Origin: Gemmatimonadaceae bacterium
GTDB taxonomy: Bacteria; Gemmatimonadota; Gemmatimonadetes; Gemmatimonadales; Gemmatimonadaceae
Reading direction: 5' to 3'
Length of the DNA stretch: 14,083 nucleotides
Assembly (NCBI GenBank): GCA_044224875.1
Contig: JBGAJQ010000045.1
Span: 1 to 14,083 of the forward strand
In this document: one piece after another, positions 1-8,720 of the stretch
Numbering within the stretch: position 1 is the first letter of the stretch
How the letters are laid out: each line of letters opens with the position of its first letter
Translations under genes and position numbers: made by a program
The notes under the pieces: model-generated
What the model was told of the DNA's origin: nothing
Database searches by the model: none
What the model saw: only the letters and a program-made list of their open reading frames with translations

Positions 1-1
1 T

Positions 2-754
2 GGCGGGGACCCAGCCCAGGTGCGCGCCGAGGCCTCCGACATCGAGTTGCTACTGTCGGTCGTGAACCGCGGCATGCCGGAAGCCAGACTGACGGTGAAC
101 GACGTCCGTTTTGCCTACGCGGGCGTACGGCCGCTCCTCGGCGACGCCACGGGCAGCAGCTATCGGATGAGCCGTCGCGCCGAGATTGTCGATCATGGGG
201 CCAGCGGCGGCCTTGCGGGCCTTGTGTCAGCGTTAGGCGGCAAGTGGACGACCGCGCGGCATGTGGCCGAGCAGTGCGTCAACGTGATCACCCGGCAGCT
301 CAACGCCAACGGACGGCGATGTACCACGCACGAGGAGCCGTTGCCGGGCGGCGCGGTTGGCGTGCTCCGGCAATATCGAGCCAGTGCCTTGCAGGAAGGT
401 TTGCACGGCGCCTCGTCACGAACAGTCGACCACCTGATCAGCCTGTACGGGGCTCGCCATCGGGATGTGCTTGGGCTCTGTGACAAGCAGCCGGACCTCC
501 TGGCGACGGTTGGAGCTGCCGATGACGAGCCGGATATTCGCGCGCAGGTCGTCCATGCGGTCCGTTCCGAGCAAGCCCAGTTCGCGTGTGACGTCCTCTT
601 GCGACGCACGGGCATTGGTACGCTGGGGAAGCCCTCCGACACCATGGTTCACGGCGTAATCAGTACCATGGCCGCGGAACTTGGGTGGTCTGACCAGGAA
701 GCGGCGCGGCAGCATGCGGACGTGGCAGCGACGTACGCCACCTCGTGGCGGTGA
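2..754 (+). CDS. glpD: FAD-dependent glycerol-3-phosphate dehydrogenase/oxidase, C-terminal part (5' truncated by window edge)
   Basis: The frame is open from position 2 (GGDPAQVRAE...) to TGA at 752-754. GlpD/DAO C-terminal motifs are present: AYAGVRPL, SRRAEI, GGKWTTARHVAE, LYG, and AVRSEQA..DVLLRRTGIG..MAAELGW. Confidence 0.88.
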   Translation, partial: GGDPAQVRAEASDIELLLSVVNRGMPEARLTVNDVRFAYAGVRPLLGDATGSSYRMSRRAEIVDHGASGGLAGLVSALGGKWTTARHVAEQCVNVITRQLNANGRRCTTHEEPLPGGAVGVLRQYRASALQEGLHGASSRTVDHLISLYGARHRDVLGLCDKQPDLLATVGAADDEPDIRAQVVHAVRSEQAQFACDVLLRRTGIGTLGKPSDTMVHGVISTMAAELGWSDQEAARQHADVAATYATSWR

Positions 755-944
755 CCTGCCGGCCAGCGAGTCGGCCAGACCGTACTCCCGATCGAGAAGG
801 CGTTGCGAAGCCCCTTCGCGCCCTTGCCCGCCTCCCCAAAGGACGCTATGCCATAGGCGGCGGCAATCACCAGTGTCCATTGTCGGGCTTGATTCGCGCC
901 TACCACTTGAGCGGGACCACGACTCACTCGCCACACCTCGCGCC

Positions 945-3641
945 ATGCAACCCGATCACTGGGAACGACTCGACACGCTCTTCCACGACGCCTTAGCCCT
1001 TCCGGCGGGCGAGCGATCGGCGTTCCTCCTGAAAGCCTGCGGTGACGAGCACGCCCTGCGGCAGGAAGTCGAGGCTCTGCTCGCCGCGCACTTTGAGGCT
1101 GGCGGCACGTCTACACCAGATCGTCTCTTGCGCGATTTCGCTTTTCCCACGACGGCGTCGGCAGGTTCAATGGTCGGCCAACGTGTGGGTGCGTACCGTC
1201 TGGAAGAGGTCGTCGGCCGAGGGGGCATGGGTGAGGTGTATCGCGCCGTGCGAACGGACGATCAATTCAGCCAGCAGGTAGCGATCAAGCTCGTTCGTCC
1301 GGAAAAGGACACCGACGAGCTGCTTCGTCGCTTTCGGCTGGAGCGCCAGATCCTCGCGCGCCTCGAACATCCGAACATCGCCACCCTTCTGGATGGTGGC
1401 GTGACGGAGAACGGGCAGCCGTACCTGGTGATGCAGTATGTGGACGGGGTGTCCATCACGGCATATGCCGCACAGCACCAACTGTCGTTGGCCGATCGTC
1501 TCACGCTCTTTCGCACGGTGTGCGACGCCGTGCAATTCGCGCACGTGAATCTGGTCGTCCACCGGGACCTCAAGCCGAGCAACATCCTGGTCACGAAGCA
1601 TGGTGAGATTCGCCTCCTCGACTTTGGCATCGCCAAGTTGCTGGATGCCACGGGGGACGCCGCCGGATCACCTGAGACGGGCGATGCGCTCCTGCTTACG
1701 CCGGAACACGCGGCCCCCGAGCAGTTCCTCGGCAAGCCGATTACCACGGCCACGGACACGTATGCGTTAGGCGTACTGCTTTACGAGCTGCTGGTAGGAT
1801 TTCGCCCATTCCAGTTTGTGCCAAAGGGGGAGTTGCACCACGCGATCTGCGAGCGCGATCCCCTCGCGCCAAGCATGGCGAGCGCCGACGCGCAGCTACG
1901 CGAGAAGGCTGGCAAGCCCTCACCGGTCGCGACCAGTCGAATAGAGGGTGACCTCGACAGCATCGTCCTCAAGGCGCTGCGGAAGGAACCGGCGGAGCGA
2001 TATGCCACCGTTGCTGATCTCAGCGACGACCTCCAGCGATACGCTTCGGGCTTTCCCGTGCATGCACGCGCCGAGACCTTTGGGTACGTTGCCACTCGCT
2101 TCCTGCGCCGTCACAAAGTCGGAATTGCCGCCGCCGCGGCGATCGCCACGTCACTAACGGCGCTGGCCATCGTCTCCGTTCGCTCCGCGGTGACGAGTCG
2201 GACGCAGGCCGCTGCGCTTGCCAAGGAACGCGATGTGGCGTTTCAGGTGACGGCCTTCCTCGAAAACCTCTTCAAGGCGCCCGATCCCTACGCGAACGGG
2301 GCGGCGCGCCGCGACACATTGCGCATCCGCGACCTCCTGGACGAAGGCGCCGCGAAGGTCGATAAGGAACTGGCCGGACAGCCGCTGGTTCAGGCGCAAC
2401 TCCTTTCGGTGCTCGGGAAAGCGTATCGAAACCTCGGTCAGCTCGAACCGTCGCGACCCTTGCTGCAACAGGCCCTCGACTTGCGCACCAAGAACCTTCC
2501 GGCGGGATCTGCGGAGATCGCGGTGAGTCAGATGGACCTTGGGCTTTCTCTGCTGGACCTTGGCAAGGACGACGAGGCAACCGCGCTCTTTCAATCCAGC
2601 ATCGCCACGTTGGCGACCGACTCGATTACGCAGCGGGCGTCGTATCTCACGGCCCTCAACGCCCTCGGCAACGCGCAGCAGGCCAAGGCAAACTTCGCTG
2701 CCGCCGAAAGCACCTATCGTCACGCACACTCGCTCTCGGAGGCCGAGTACGGCGCGGCCGATCCTCGCGTGGCGGAGAGTGTCGCCAACGTCGGGACGGC
2801 GTTGGCGCGGCAGGCGAAGTATGAGGAGTCGGAGCCATACCTACGACGAGCGCTCGAAATCTGGAAGAAGGATCTTGGTCCAGAACACCCGCACGTGGCG
2901 TCTGCCATGGCGAACCTTGGCAACGTGCTTTCCGAACGCCGCCAATTCGTTGAGGCTGAGGAGATGCTGCGTGGCGCGCTCGCCATCCGACGCGTCCGCT
3001 TCACGGCACCGCACCCCCAGATCGCCATCAGCATCAACAACCTGGCAAGCATGCTGCAGGACAAGGGGGACTTCGTGGCCGCTGAGCCACTCCTGCGTGA
3101 AAGTCTCGCCATGCGGCGCGCACTGTTTGGTGAAAAGCACCAGGCCGTAGGGATCGCGATGTTGAACCTTGCCTTGACCCTACGCCGACAAGGAAAGCTC
3201 GGCGAGGCCGGCACCATGTACCAGGACGCGCGGAACCTGTTTGTCGCCGTGGTGGGCCCCGACCATGTCCTCGTAGGCGATGCGAATGCTGGGCTGGGAG
3301 CCGTCGCTCACGAGCGAAAGGAACATGGGAGGGAGCGGGGCTTCTTCGCCGCGGCGCTGGAGATCAAGCGAGGCAAGCTGGGAGCGACGCACCCGTCGGT
3401 CGCCTACATTCTCAGCGACCTTGGTCGGGCGGATTTTGAGCTGAAGCAGCTTTCGGATGCGGAGCACGCGTATCTGGAGTCCTACAAGGTCTTGGCCGCT
3501 CGCCATGGAGACTCCAGCCGCCAGATGACAACGCTCCTCGAACGACTGAGCCAGCTGTATCGAGCCATGGGACGCGAAGCGGAAGCTGCGAAGTACGACG
3601 CCGAACGTGCCTCGAGAACCCAGCCGCCACCCGCCAAGTAG
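945..3641 (+). CDS. Hanks-type Ser/Thr protein kinase with single TM segment and C-terminal TPR repeats (898 aa)
   Basis: Start moved from 681 to ATG 945, where the family-typical N-terminus begins (MQPDHWERLDTLFHDAL..ERSAFL..ACG.D..LR.EVEALL). Kinase motifs: GRGGMGEVY, VAIK, HPNIA, HRDLKPSN, DFGIAK, TPEHAAPEQ, DTYALG. These are followed by a hydrophobic segment (VGIAAAAAIATSLTALAIVSV) and about nine ~42-aa TPR-like repeats (e.g. LGPEHPHVASAMANLGNVL). Confidence 0.95.
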   Translation: MQPDHWERLDTLFHDALALPAGERSAFLLKACGDEHALRQEVEALLAAHFEAGGTSTPDRLLRDFAFPTTASAGSMVGQRVGAYRLEEVVGRGGMGEVYRAVRTDDQFSQQVAIKLVRPEKDTDELLRRFRLERQILARLEHPNIATLLDGGVTENGQPYLVMQYVDGVSITAYAAQHQLSLADRLTLFRTVCDAVQFAHVNLVVHRDLKPSNILVTKHGEIRLLDFGIAKLLDATGDAAGSPETGDALLLTPEHAAPEQFLGKPITTATDTYALGVLLYELLVGFRPFQFVPKGELHHAICERDPLAPSMASADAQLREKAGKPSPVATSRIEGDLDSIVLKALRKEPAERYATVADLSDDLQRYASGFPVHARAETFGYVATRFLRRHKVGIAAAAAIATSLTALAIVSVRSAVTSRTQAAALAKERDVAFQVTAFLENLFKAPDPYANGAARRDTLRIRDLLDEGAAKVDKELAGQPLVQAQLLSVLGKAYRNLGQLEPSRPLLQQALDLRTKNLPAGSAEIAVSQMDLGLSLLDLGKDDEATALFQSSIATLATDSITQRASYLTALNALGNAQQAKANFAAAESTYRHAHSLSEAEYGAADPRVAESVANVGTALARQAKYEESEPYLRRALEIWKKDLGPEHPHVASAMANLGNVLSERRQFVEAEEMLRGALAIRRVRFTAPHPQIAISINNLASMLQDKGDFVAAEPLLRESLAMRRALFGEKHQAVGIAMLNLALTLRRQGKLGEAGTMYQDARNLFVAVVGPDHVLVGDANAGLGAVAHERKEHGRERGFFAAALEIKRGKLGATHPSVAYILSDLGRADFELKQLSDAEHAYLESYKVLAARHGDSSRQMTTLLERLSQLYRAMGREAEAAKYDAERASRTQPPPAK

Positions 3642-3647
3642 TGGAAA

Positions 3648-3669
3648 CCGGCCGACCGGTCTTGGCCGG
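3648..3669 (+). terminator. GC-rich stem-loop just after the kinase stop (possible terminator or mRNA-stabilising hairpin)
   Basis: CCGGCCGA-ccggtc-TTGGCCGG forms an 8-bp stem with one G-U pair, 6 nt after TAG. It has no U tail. Confidence 0.3.
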
Positions 3670-3838
3670 CGGCGCTAACGCGGAGGAAGGAACGCCGCTC
3701 GAGAGCGTTTGAACGGCGGCGCTCGATTCGTCTGCGGGGAATGGGATCGTTGGAGTTGCCAGCTCTTGTGCGCGCCCGCGCTGTCAGCTAGGCTCTCGCG
3801 CCCGATATCATCACACCCGCCAACAAGTGAGTGGTACC

Positions 3839-4342
3839 ATGTTGACCATCGTACTTCGCTTGCTTCACGTCGTAGCTGGCGTCATCTGGACGGGAGGAGC
3901 CGTCGTCATCGCCTCGTACGTTGTGCCATCGGTGCAGGCGACTGGGCCGGCTGGTGGTGCGGTGATGCGCGAAATCGTCTTCGTGCGGAAGTTGCCTGTC
4001 CATATGACCATCTTGGCATTCATAACCGTCCTGACGGGCTTTGCCCTGTTCTCCGGGAATGCCCGCGGGACCGGCTGGGGTGGAACGCCTGCCGGGATGA
4101 CCTTCGGGATCGGTGGTTTGTTCGGGTTGACTGCCCTGCTACTCGGGGCGTTCTGGAGTCGCCCGACGGCAAACAAGATTGCGGCGTTAGGCGCCAAGAT
4201 CCAGGCGGCCGGATCCCCGCCGCCAGCTCCCATGGCGGCGGAGATGCAGGCGCTCCAGGCCACATTGGGCATGGCGTTGCGAGTCGTCGCGCTCTGTGCG
4301 GTCCTCGCGGCCGTCGCCATGTCCGTGGCGAGGTACCTCTAG
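3839..4342 (+). CDS. Hypothetical integral membrane protein, ~4 TM helices (CopD/DUF2269-like first helix), 167 aa
   Basis: ATG 3839 is preferred over GTG 3827. Four hydrophobic segments; the N-terminal LRLLHVVAGVIWTGG matches the R..H......W.GG pattern of CopD/DUF2269-like proteins. Confidence 0.8.
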   Translation: MLTIVLRLLHVVAGVIWTGGAVVIASYVVPSVQATGPAGGAVMREIVFVRKLPVHMTILAFITVLTGFALFSGNARGTGWGGTPAGMTFGIGGLFGLTALLLGAFWSRPTANKIAALGAKIQAAGSPPPAPMAAEMQALQATLGMALRVVALCAVLAAVAMSVARYL

Positions 4343-4413
4343 CGAAATCGGCGCGGGGTCAGGGACGAAGCGTTCCGTCCCTGACCTCTTGATCTGCGAT
4401 TCGTGCGCGGGCA

Positions 4414-4439
4414 TGGTATAGTTACTTCACCAAGTAACT
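4414..4439 (+). promoter_or_regulatory. Extended -10 promoter overlapped by a palindromic operator (probable PadR autoregulation site)
   Basis: TGgTATAGT at 4414-4422 fits TGnTATAAT with one mismatch. A perfect AT-rich inverted repeat, AGTTACTT-cacc-AAGTAACT, lies at 4420-4439, 9 nt before the padR ATG. Confidence 0.65.
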
Positions 4440-4448
4440 TGAGCAACC

Positions 4449-4772
4449 ATGCCCCTTCTGAAAGGCACACTCGATGCCCTCGCGCTCAAGGCCCTGAGCC
4501 TTGGTTCCATGCACGCTTTCGAGATCATCCGGTGGATCGAAGACGGATCACGGGGCGAAATCGAGGTGGAAACCGCGGCGCTCCTGCAGGCTCTGCACCG
4601 CCTCGAAGAGCGGGCGTTCCTCTCGGGTGAATGGGGCATCACGGACAGCAATCGGCGGGCCCGCTTCTATAAGATCACTCCCTCCGGGCGAGCCTTTCTC
4701 CGATCCGAAACGGACTCACTGCGAGCGTCCGTGACCGCGCTCAACAGTCTCTTGGCCCGGGAGCGGGCGTGA
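4449..4772 (+). CDS. PadR-family transcriptional regulator, acidobacterial ADOP-associated type (107 aa)
   Basis: Motifs LLKGTLD.L.LKAL, ALHRLE, and EWGITDSNRRARFYKITPSGR. An in-frame TGA at 4440-4442 fixes the start at 4449. The stop overlaps the start of the downstream permease. Confidence 0.95.
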   Translation: MPLLKGTLDALALKALSLGSMHAFEIIRWIEDGSRGEIEVETAALLQALHRLEERAFLSGEWGITDSNRRARFYKITPSGRAFLRSETDSLRASVTALNSLLARERA

Positions 4773-7462
4773 TGCCAATCCGCAGGATGATACGCCGGTT
4801 CATCAGACTCCCTGCCGACGGTCGTCGCGATGCGCGCAGCGACGCCCGCGCTGAACTGAACGCGCTCATCGACGAACAGGTACGCTACTACATCGCCTGT
4901 GGTCGTACACCCGATGAAGCCCACGCCGAGGCGCTACGCCGTCTGGGAGCCGATATGAGTGATGTGTATGACGCGGTTGAACGCTCTGCCACCTTGCGAC
5001 AGCGGCGCCTGAGCCTGCGCGAATGGGTCCAGGACGCGCGAGGCGACGTCCGAGTTTCCCTTCGTGCGTGGCGACGTGCGCCGGCGATGGCGCTGGCCGC
5101 CATCATCACGTTGAGCCTGGCGATCGGGGCCACCAGCGCCATCTACAGCGCGGTGCACGCAGTCCTCTGGCGACCTCTCCCCGTTCGCGATCAAGCGCGA
5201 CTGGTCGCGATTTGGGAAGAGAACCCTGACTTCGGCTGGGTACACGCCGAGGCCGCGCCTGCGAACATGCTCGACTGGAAGGAGCGAGCCCGCGGATTCC
5301 AGGATGTGGCCGCGTACGCAACGTTTAGCTCGTCGGCGACCATCACATCGGGTGACGAGCCACGCCTCGTCAACCAGCTGCAGGCGACGGGCAACCTGTT
5401 CCAGGTACTGGGCGTCACGCCATTCCTGGGACGTGCGTTTCGCGATGAGGAAACATGGTCCAATACCGCCGGGAGGATTGCGCTGCTCTCCTACAAGGTG
5501 TGGACGGAGAGCTTTGCCTCCGACAGCTCCATCGTCGGGCGTTCCATCGCGATTGATGGACGCGACGTCCAGGTAGTGGGCGTGCTGCCCGCGGGGTTTG
5601 CCCTGCCGGGTGCCACGGCCGACATCTGGCGTCCCATGCGCTGGGACCCGGAAGATCGCGCGAAGGTCTTCTTCCGTCGCGCCCACTGGCTCATGGTCAT
5701 CGCACGCCTGGCGGACGGCGCGACGTTGACGTCTGCCAATGCGGAGCTGCAGCGCGTCGCTGCGACCCTGAAACAGGAATATCCGGAAACCAACGTTCAC
5801 ATGGGCGCGGGCATGACGCCGCTGCACGAGTACCTCGTCGGCGAAACTCGCCTGCCACTCTTGGTGACCCTGGGTGGGGCGGCGCTCCTTCTCATCATCG
5901 CCTGCGGCAACGTGGCGAACCTCCTGCTCGTGCGTGCCTCGACGGCTCATCGGGAGCAGGCCGTGCGATTGGCACTGGGCGCTTCCCGCGCTCGCTTGCT
6001 TCGACAATCCCTGGTCGACGGCGCCGTGCTGGCCGTGCTTGGCGGCGTCGCCGGATTGCTCCTCGGCAAATGGGGTACGCGCGCCCTTGTTGCGTTGCAG
6101 CCGGCGGGGCTCCTTCCCGTGTCAGGGATCGACGTGTCATGGGCTACCATGGCGGTCGCTGGTACGATCGTCGTCACCCTGACCCTGGTGTTCGCGGCAG
6201 TCCCCGTATGGTGGAGTCGCCGGATGCTGCCCTCCGAGGCGCTGCGAGATGAAGGGCGCGGGGCCAGCATGGGTCGTCGGGCGGCCCGAGGAACGCACGT
6301 CCTGCTGGCCGGACAAGTTGCCATCGCGTTGGTGCTGACGGCTGCCGCCGGACTCCTGATCAAGAGCTACTTCCGCCTGGATCAGGTCGATCCCGGCGTC
6401 GACACACGCAACGTGCTCACGACAGAGGTCACGCTCCCGTCCGTGCGCTACGACTCCGTGAGCAAGGTGATCGCCTTCTTTGACCGTCTCGTCGCCGAAT
6501 CACGTGCGCTCCCGGGCGTTCAAGGTGCCGCGATGACGTCCAAGGTCGCGCTCGGTCCGTCGTCGTGGAGCAGCCAGTTTGCGATCGAAGGGTTGCCGCC
6601 GATCGAGGGTTCGCCGCAGATCGTCCATCGGGAAGTTACCGGCGGCTACAACGCCGTCATGCACGCGCCGATCCGCGAAGGGCGTGGAATAGACGCCAAC
6701 GATCAGTCCACGGCGCCGCTGGTGGTGGTCGTGAACGAGACCTTCGCCAGACGATTCGCCCCCGTCGGCGGGATCATCGGACGGCGTATCGCCTTCGACG
6801 GTACGCCGGGGCCGAATTCCGCATGGCGTACCGTCATAGGCGTGTCCGCGGATGAGCACCAGACGTCACTCGCCTTGGACCCGATGCCCGAAGTGTTCGC
6901 GCCGTACGCCCAGGAACCACGGAATGCGATGACGCTCATCGTGCGCACGGCCGGACCGGTAGATGGGACGATGCCTGCCGTGCGGAACCTGATACGTCGT
7001 CTCGACCCGTCCCTGGCGCTCGGCGCCATGAAGAGCATGGAAGCGGTACGATCCGAGGCTTTGCGCCGCGAGCGCTTTCTGGCCACGCTGCTGCTGGGAT
7101 TCGCAGGTGTGGGCCTCGTGCTTGGCCTGGTTGGGGTGTACGGCATTGTGTCACAGATCGCCCGTCGGCGCCTGCGCGAGATGGGCATTCGTATGGCGTT
7201 AGGCGCGCGTCGACGTGAAGTCGTATGGCTGCTGGTGCGGAAGGGCGTTGGCGTGAGCGCGGTTGGAGCCGTCGCTGGCGTCCTCATCGGGTTCCTTAGC
7301 ACGGGCATCTTGCGATCATTGCTGTATCGCGTCGCCCCCGGAGATCCGCTGGTCTATGCGGCTACGACGGTGGCGTTGCTGCTTGCGGCGGCGCTCGCGT
7401 CCTGGCTACCGGCGTGGCGCGCGTCTCGGACGGACCCGTCGGAGGTATTGCGGGCCGAGTGA
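4772..7462 (+). CDS. ADOP-family duplicated ABC permease (2x MacB periplasmic + FtsX) with N-terminal prefix domain
   Basis: GTGATG overlap with the padR stop (start at GTG 4769 or ATG 4772). Prefix DARAEL..IDEQV..G.TPDEA..EALRRLG, then TLSLAIGATSAIYSAV..VL.RPLP, LLIIACGNVANLLL, EQAVRLALGASR.RL, GQVAIALVL..AAGLLIKS, EMGIRMALGA and PAWRASRTDP..LRAE. Confidence 0.95.
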   Translation: MPIRRMIRRFIRLPADGRRDARSDARAELNALIDEQVRYYIACGRTPDEAHAEALRRLGADMSDVYDAVERSATLRQRRLSLREWVQDARGDVRVSLRAWRRAPAMALAAIITLSLAIGATSAIYSAVHAVLWRPLPVRDQARLVAIWEENPDFGWVHAEAAPANMLDWKERARGFQDVAAYATFSSSATITSGDEPRLVNQLQATGNLFQVLGVTPFLGRAFRDEETWSNTAGRIALLSYKVWTESFASDSSIVGRSIAIDGRDVQVVGVLPAGFALPGATADIWRPMRWDPEDRAKVFFRRAHWLMVIARLADGATLTSANAELQRVAATLKQEYPETNVHMGAGMTPLHEYLVGETRLPLLVTLGGAALLLIIACGNVANLLLVRASTAHREQAVRLALGASRARLLRQSLVDGAVLAVLGGVAGLLLGKWGTRALVALQPAGLLPVSGIDVSWATMAVAGTIVVTLTLVFAAVPVWWSRRMLPSEALRDEGRGASMGRRAARGTHVLLAGQVAIALVLTAAAGLLIKSYFRLDQVDPGVDTRNVLTTEVTLPSVRYDSVSKVIAFFDRLVAESRALPGVQGAAMTSKVALGPSSWSSQFAIEGLPPIEGSPQIVHREVTGGYNAVMHAPIREGRGIDANDQSTAPLVVVVNETFARRFAPVGGIIGRRIAFDGTPGPNSAWRTVIGVSADEHQTSLALDPMPEVFAPYAQEPRNAMTLIVRTAGPVDGTMPAVRNLIRRLDPSLALGAMKSMEAVRSEALRRERFLATLLLGFAGVGLVLGLVGVYGIVSQIARRRLREMGIRMALGARRREVVWLLVRKGVGVSAVGAVAGVLIGFLSTGILRSLLYRVAPGDPLVYAATTVALLLAAALASWLPAWRASRTDPSEVLRAE

Positions 7463-7632
7463 TGGCGGGAGTCGCGGTCCACGCCCCCAACAGCCAGATT
7501 GTCTGCTGACGTCGCCGGCCGCCCACCTGACCGGTGGGTGACACTGACGTCCCAGTCGATGCGACGCCCGTCAGCCTCAAGTCAGCGGAGAACCCGGTGC
7601 AAGACTCGTTAGACCTTCTGCGACGTGGAGCC

Positions 7633-8643
7633 GTGCAGAGAACCAGCGCCCAGCGGATATTCCGAGCGCTGGCCATTGCCTGCCTCCTGATCACGCCACC
7701 CATTTCGTCGGCGATCGCACAGGAGCAGCGCTCCGGGAACCCCATTCTCAAGGGCTGGTACGCCGATCCCGAGGCACACGTCTTCGCGGGTGAGTACTGG
7801 ATCTTTCCGACCTACTCGGCGCCCTACGACGAACAGGTCTTCCTGGACGCATTTTCGTCGCGCGACCTGGTGACGTGGGTAAAGCACCCGCGCGTGCTGG
7901 ACAGGTCGAATGTGCCATGGGCCCGGCGCGCGATGTGGGCGCCATCCATCGTGCAAAAGGATGGGTGGTATTACCTGTTCTTTGGCGCCAACGACATCCA
8001 GAGCGATCAGGAGCATGGCGGGATTGGCGTGGCGCGCGCACGGACGCCTAACGGGCCGTTCATTGACTACCTTGGCAAGCCACTGATCGATCGCTTTCAC
8101 AACGGGGCACAGCCGATCGACCAGATGGTGTTTCGCGATACAGACGGCGCTTACTACATCGTGTACGGCGGTTGGGGGCACTGCAACATCGCGAAGTTGA
8201 ACGACGACTTCACGGGATTCGTGCCATTCCCAGATGGGACCACGTTCAAGGAGATCACGCCCAAGGGATTTGTGGAAGGCGCGTACATGCTGGTGAAGGA
8301 TGGTAAGTATTACTTCATGTGGTCCGAAGGCGGCTGGACAGGACCGGACTACGCGGTGGCCTATGCCGTCGGCACGTCGCCATTTGGGCCATTCGAGCGC
8401 GTTGGCAAGATTCTCCAACAGGATCCCAAGGTCGCGACGGGCGCGGGGCACCATTCGGTGCTGCACGCGCCGGGCTCGGACACATGGTATATCGTCTACC
8501 ACCGCCGCCCGTTAGGCGAGACCGATCGCAATCATCGCGTGGTGAGCATCGACGAGCTGCGATTCGACGCGAGTGGACGGATCGTTCCGGTCGAGATCAC
8601 GACGGCGGGTGTGGCCGCAGCTTCGCTCAAACCGACCCCCTGA
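7633..8643 (+). CDS. Secreted glycoside hydrolase family 43 (arabinanase/xylosidase-like five-bladed beta-propeller), 336 aa
   Basis: GTG 7633 follows GGAG and begins a signal-peptide-like N-terminus (RIFRALAIACLLITPPISSAIA-Q). GH43 motifs: NP...GWYADP (base), WAP, PID (pKa modulator), VEG (acid), and GHHS..WYIVYH. Confidence 0.93.
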   Translation: MQRTSAQRIFRALAIACLLITPPISSAIAQEQRSGNPILKGWYADPEAHVFAGEYWIFPTYSAPYDEQVFLDAFSSRDLVTWVKHPRVLDRSNVPWARRAMWAPSIVQKDGWYYLFFGANDIQSDQEHGGIGVARARTPNGPFIDYLGKPLIDRFHNGAQPIDQMVFRDTDGAYYIVYGGWGHCNIAKLNDDFTGFVPFPDGTTFKEITPKGFVEGAYMLVKDGKYYFMWSEGGWTGPDYAVAYAVGTSPFGPFERVGKILQQDPKVATGAGHHSVLHAPGSDTWYIVYHRRPLGETDRNHRVVSIDELRFDASGRIVPVEITTAGVAAASLKPTP

Positions 8644-8686
8644 TCGGCTCCCAGCGCTGCCCGATCTACCGGGCTCGCGCAAGTTC

Positions 8687-8720
8687 TAGCGCTGGCGGGC
8701 GCGATGCCCGCCAGTCGCTA
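8687..8720. terminator. Strong hairpin between convergent GH43 and ADOP genes (possible bidirectional terminator or REP-like element)
   Basis: TAGCG-CTGGCGGGC-gcgat-GCCCGCCAG-t-CGCTA: a perfect 9-bp stem extended by 5 bp past a 1-nt bulge. It overlaps the ADOP stop codon and has no clear U tract. Confidence 0.55.

Noticed and set aside
681..944. N-terminal extension of the kinase ORF in the supplied track
   Set aside because: It overlaps glpD and is low-complexity Arg/Pro-rich translation. The family-typical N-terminus starts at ATG 945.
2380..3600. Periodic sequence similarity in the kinase 3' half
   Set aside because: It is explained by degenerate protein-level TPR repeats and is not a CRISPR array or DNA tandem repeat.
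4389..4394. TTGATC as the -35 of the padR promoter
   Set aside because: It is 22 nt from the -10 hexamer, too far for sigma70. The extended -10 explains the promoter without it.
7633..8643. GH43 as a functional part of the PadR-ADOP operon or the halogenase module
   Set aside because: There is a 170-bp gap from the first ADOP, it is convergent to the halogenase unit, and no other carbohydrate genes are nearby. It is an ordinary stand-alone GH43 with an intact catalytic triad.
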